This document shows positions 17,711-20,000 of a stretch of 20,000 bases of DNA, one piece after another (position 1 is the stretch's first letter; every line of letters starts with the position of its first letter). A model generated the notes under the pieces. The model saw only the letters and a program-made list of their open reading frames with translations. It was not told the origin of the DNA and ran no database searches. Location of the stretch: positions 45,282 through 65,281 of the forward strand of contig CALSCO010000133.1 of the NCBI GenBank assembly GCA_943704415.1, in the 5' to 3' direction. Source of the stretch: Parvularia atlantis. Lineage: Eukaryota. The position numbers were made by a program, and so were the translations under genes.

Positions 17711-19945
17711 TTATAGACGCCTGCGCCACTCGGGTGCGAAACCCTTGCTAGACTCGCTGTCGGGCCCGCGCGGCTGGCGCAGGATGGCGAGCTCGGCGTT
17801 TAGCGGGTCAAGTCTGCCGCGTTGTCCGTCAGCGACGGCGGGCACGCACGGTGCAACGCGCACCGTCTTACGGCGCTCTGGCGCGGCGGCGACTGCGACA
17901 GCGGTGGCAGGAGCGAGGTCGCGGGCAGGGTCGCGGGTCCGGGCGGGAGGAGCACGGGCGGCGCGGACAACACGACGGGTGTGGTGGCTGCAATGCGGCT
18001 AGCGGTCAGCGATACGCAGGCGGACGAGGGCAGGACGCGTGCCTGGCGCGTAGATCGGCTGAAATAAGTTCGTCGTTGGTGTCGGCAGCAGCCCCTGCGA
18101 CCGCGCTGGCGGCGGGCGCGCGCTCGGCGGCCGGGACGCGGCTGCTGCGGTCGTTGGCGCGGGCCGGGTCCGAGACACGTCGAGCAGCGACTGGACAAGG
18201 TCTTGGTCGCTTTGGCCGGACGTCACCGAGCGTGCGGGCGCGGATACGGGTGCAGGCTGCTGCGACGCTGACGGCTGTTGGGCCGGCGGTGTCCATGAAG
18301 TCGCGCGCGCTGGTGGTGCAGAGGCCGGCTGCCACGCCGTAGGCTGCGGTTGCGTCCATGGTTGAGGTGCTGTCGGCTGCTGGACCGGCGGCGGAGCAGC
18401 GGCGGTGGCGGTCTGCGACAGGAGCGCGGCCAGCTGCTGCAGCGTCGACACGGGCGGGACGGCTGCGGCTGCGACTGCAGTGGCAGGCTGAGGCGGCGAC
18501 AGGCTCGGTTGGTGGGCCGCGGTCTGCTGCACGAGTAGCGCGAGGAGCGTTGCCAGCTGCTGCTGGTTGTTGGCGGGCTGCGGCTGCGGTTGCGGCTGCG
18601 GTTGCGGCTGCACCAATGCAGTGAGCAGCGGCGCGATCAGCGGTAATATGGCGGTGAACTGCTGCAGGCTGAGCGAGGATAGCACGGGCAGCATGGCCTC
18701 CAGTTGCGTCTGCTGCGGGTTCGCTGGCTGCAGCGAGTTGGCCAGGTTCTGCAGCAGCGCCTGCGACAGCAAGCTGACGACCGCCTGCGTCGTGTCCGCT
18801 GCAGCCGGTGCAGGTGCAGGTGCAGGCGCGACGGACGATACGGGTGCACTCAGCGCGGCCGGTGGCGGGCGTGGCGGCTCGGACACGACGTACGGTGCGG
18901 GCGCGCTCAGTGCGGTCGCGGGCCTGAAGGCATCAGCGCGTGTCCCGGGCGCTGGCCGAGGCGCAAACTGCGGCTGGTAGATGAACGCGGGGCCCGACGG
19001 CCCGGCCGCGCGCGGCGCCGCCGCCGCCGCCTGGAGCAAGTGCGCGCTCTGCGCTGGCACGTGTTGCGGCTTGTGGATGACGACGACGCGGCCCTCGCCC
19101 TCAGCGCGGCTGTAGTGCCCGAGCTTGAACTGCTTCTCGGCGAGGAAGTGGATCTTGCGCCGCGTGTAGTTGGTGAGGTGCAGCGGGAAGACGTACTCGT
19201 CCCTGCTGCTGTTGACAAACGCCTGGATCTCGGCGCGCAGCTGCTCGTCCTCGGCGCGGTTCTCGTCGTCGCTCTTTTCCGGGTCTGGGCGGCGGCACGG
19301 ATGAGGCCACTGCGCACCGAGACGAGCACGTGCAAGGATGCGCACTGGCCGGCGGGCTGTCGATGTGGCGCTTCTTGGGCTCGACGCGCAGCGCGCGGCT
19401 GCCGAGCTGCAGGCCGTTAAGGCTCGCGATCGCGCGCTGCGTCTCCTCCTCGCTCCGGAAGTTGGCGAACGCGAGGCCGCGGAAAAGGCCGCTGGTGTCG
19501 TGGTGGTAGTTGAGCGCAGTCGGCTCGAAGCCCTGCGCCTGGCAGTCGGGCGATCAGCACGCCGAAGCGCGAGCGGGTGCGGCCGCTGTGCCTTGAGCGT
19601 GGCGACGAGGCTGTCGCGCGTCATGTGGAACGGGATGTTCTTGATGACGGCGGCCGTCGTGTACGGGTCGGACACCTTGACGGTGAGGGCGCCGGCGTCC
19701 GCCGCGGGCGGTGCCGCGGCCGTTGTCAATGGCATGACCCGCAGTTGAGGCACGGGTTTGGTCTCGGGCGCGTACGTCACCGGCATCATGTGCGGGTACA
19801 CGGCCTGCCGTTGCGCGCGCACACACTGAGCACGCCGCCTCGACGCGAGCCACGAGCAGCACAGCACCTGGCCGCCTGCCTCGGCCTGCTTGAGCTGCGG
19901 GTCAACAAACTCCGCCGTGCTCAGCCGCGCGCGCTCGCCGGTCAT
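17711..19945 (-). CDS. RNA-binding protein with RRM, R3H, Q/P-rich low-complexity region and C-terminal SUZ-C-like motif (Pin4/Cip1/Cip2-like), 6 exons
   Basis: RRM TAAVIKNIPFHMTRDSLVATLK|AQGFEPTALNYHHDTSGLFRGLAFANFRSEEETQRAIASLNGLQLGSRALRVEPKK; R3H EYVFPLHLTNYTRRKIHFLAEKQFKLGHYSRAEGEGRVVVIHK; last exon ILRQPRGPDSESSKGFAPEWRRRL* (TAA at 17711-17713). GC-AG introns at 19539-19591 and 17988-18042. Confidence 0.82.
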
Positions 19946-20000
19946 TGGAACGACGTGGGATGAATTATTTGATGGCGTGGAAGAAGGGGGAGGGGGGGGG

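Noticed and set aside
1..20000. Many long overlapping or antisense ORFs (e.g. 9451-10884, 11433-13109, 15010-16287)
   Set aside because: Arg/Ala/Pro-rich shadow frames expected in very GC-rich, stop-poor DNA; no recognisable domains.
19981..20000. G-rich run (possible G-quadruplex or telomere)
   Set aside because: Truncated by the window edge with no periodic repeat; most likely a pyrimidine-rich leader or promoter of the - strand gene.

Overview
GC-rich eukaryotic (protist-like) nuclear DNA holding 10 intron-rich protein-coding genes. In order: golgin-84-like coiled-coil protein (-, runs off the left edge), secreted Bsn/endonuclease-I-family nuclease (-), START-domain membrane protein (+), NAA38/LSMD1 (-), Tudor-containing SMN (+), POP5 (-), listerin LTN1 (+, about 35 introns), YEATS2-like protein with an Ahc1-type zinc finger (-), EndoG/NUC1 (+) and an RRM-R3H-SUZ-C protein (-). 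I spliced the genes by hand and count about 80 short introns (about 44-78 nt, mostly GTGCGY donor, CTGAC/CTCAC/CTAAC branch site, mostly CAG acceptor); 7 use GC donors. The most striking feature is the architecture. The nine intergenic gaps total only about 420 nt, gene orientation alternates at 8 of 9 junctions, divergent start codons are 0-40 nt apart, and one pair appears to share a single CATG palindrome. The only same-strand junction is almost entirely an intron-like sequence. Gene identities rest on recalled family motifs, not database searches; exact start codons and in-frame introns need RNA evidence.
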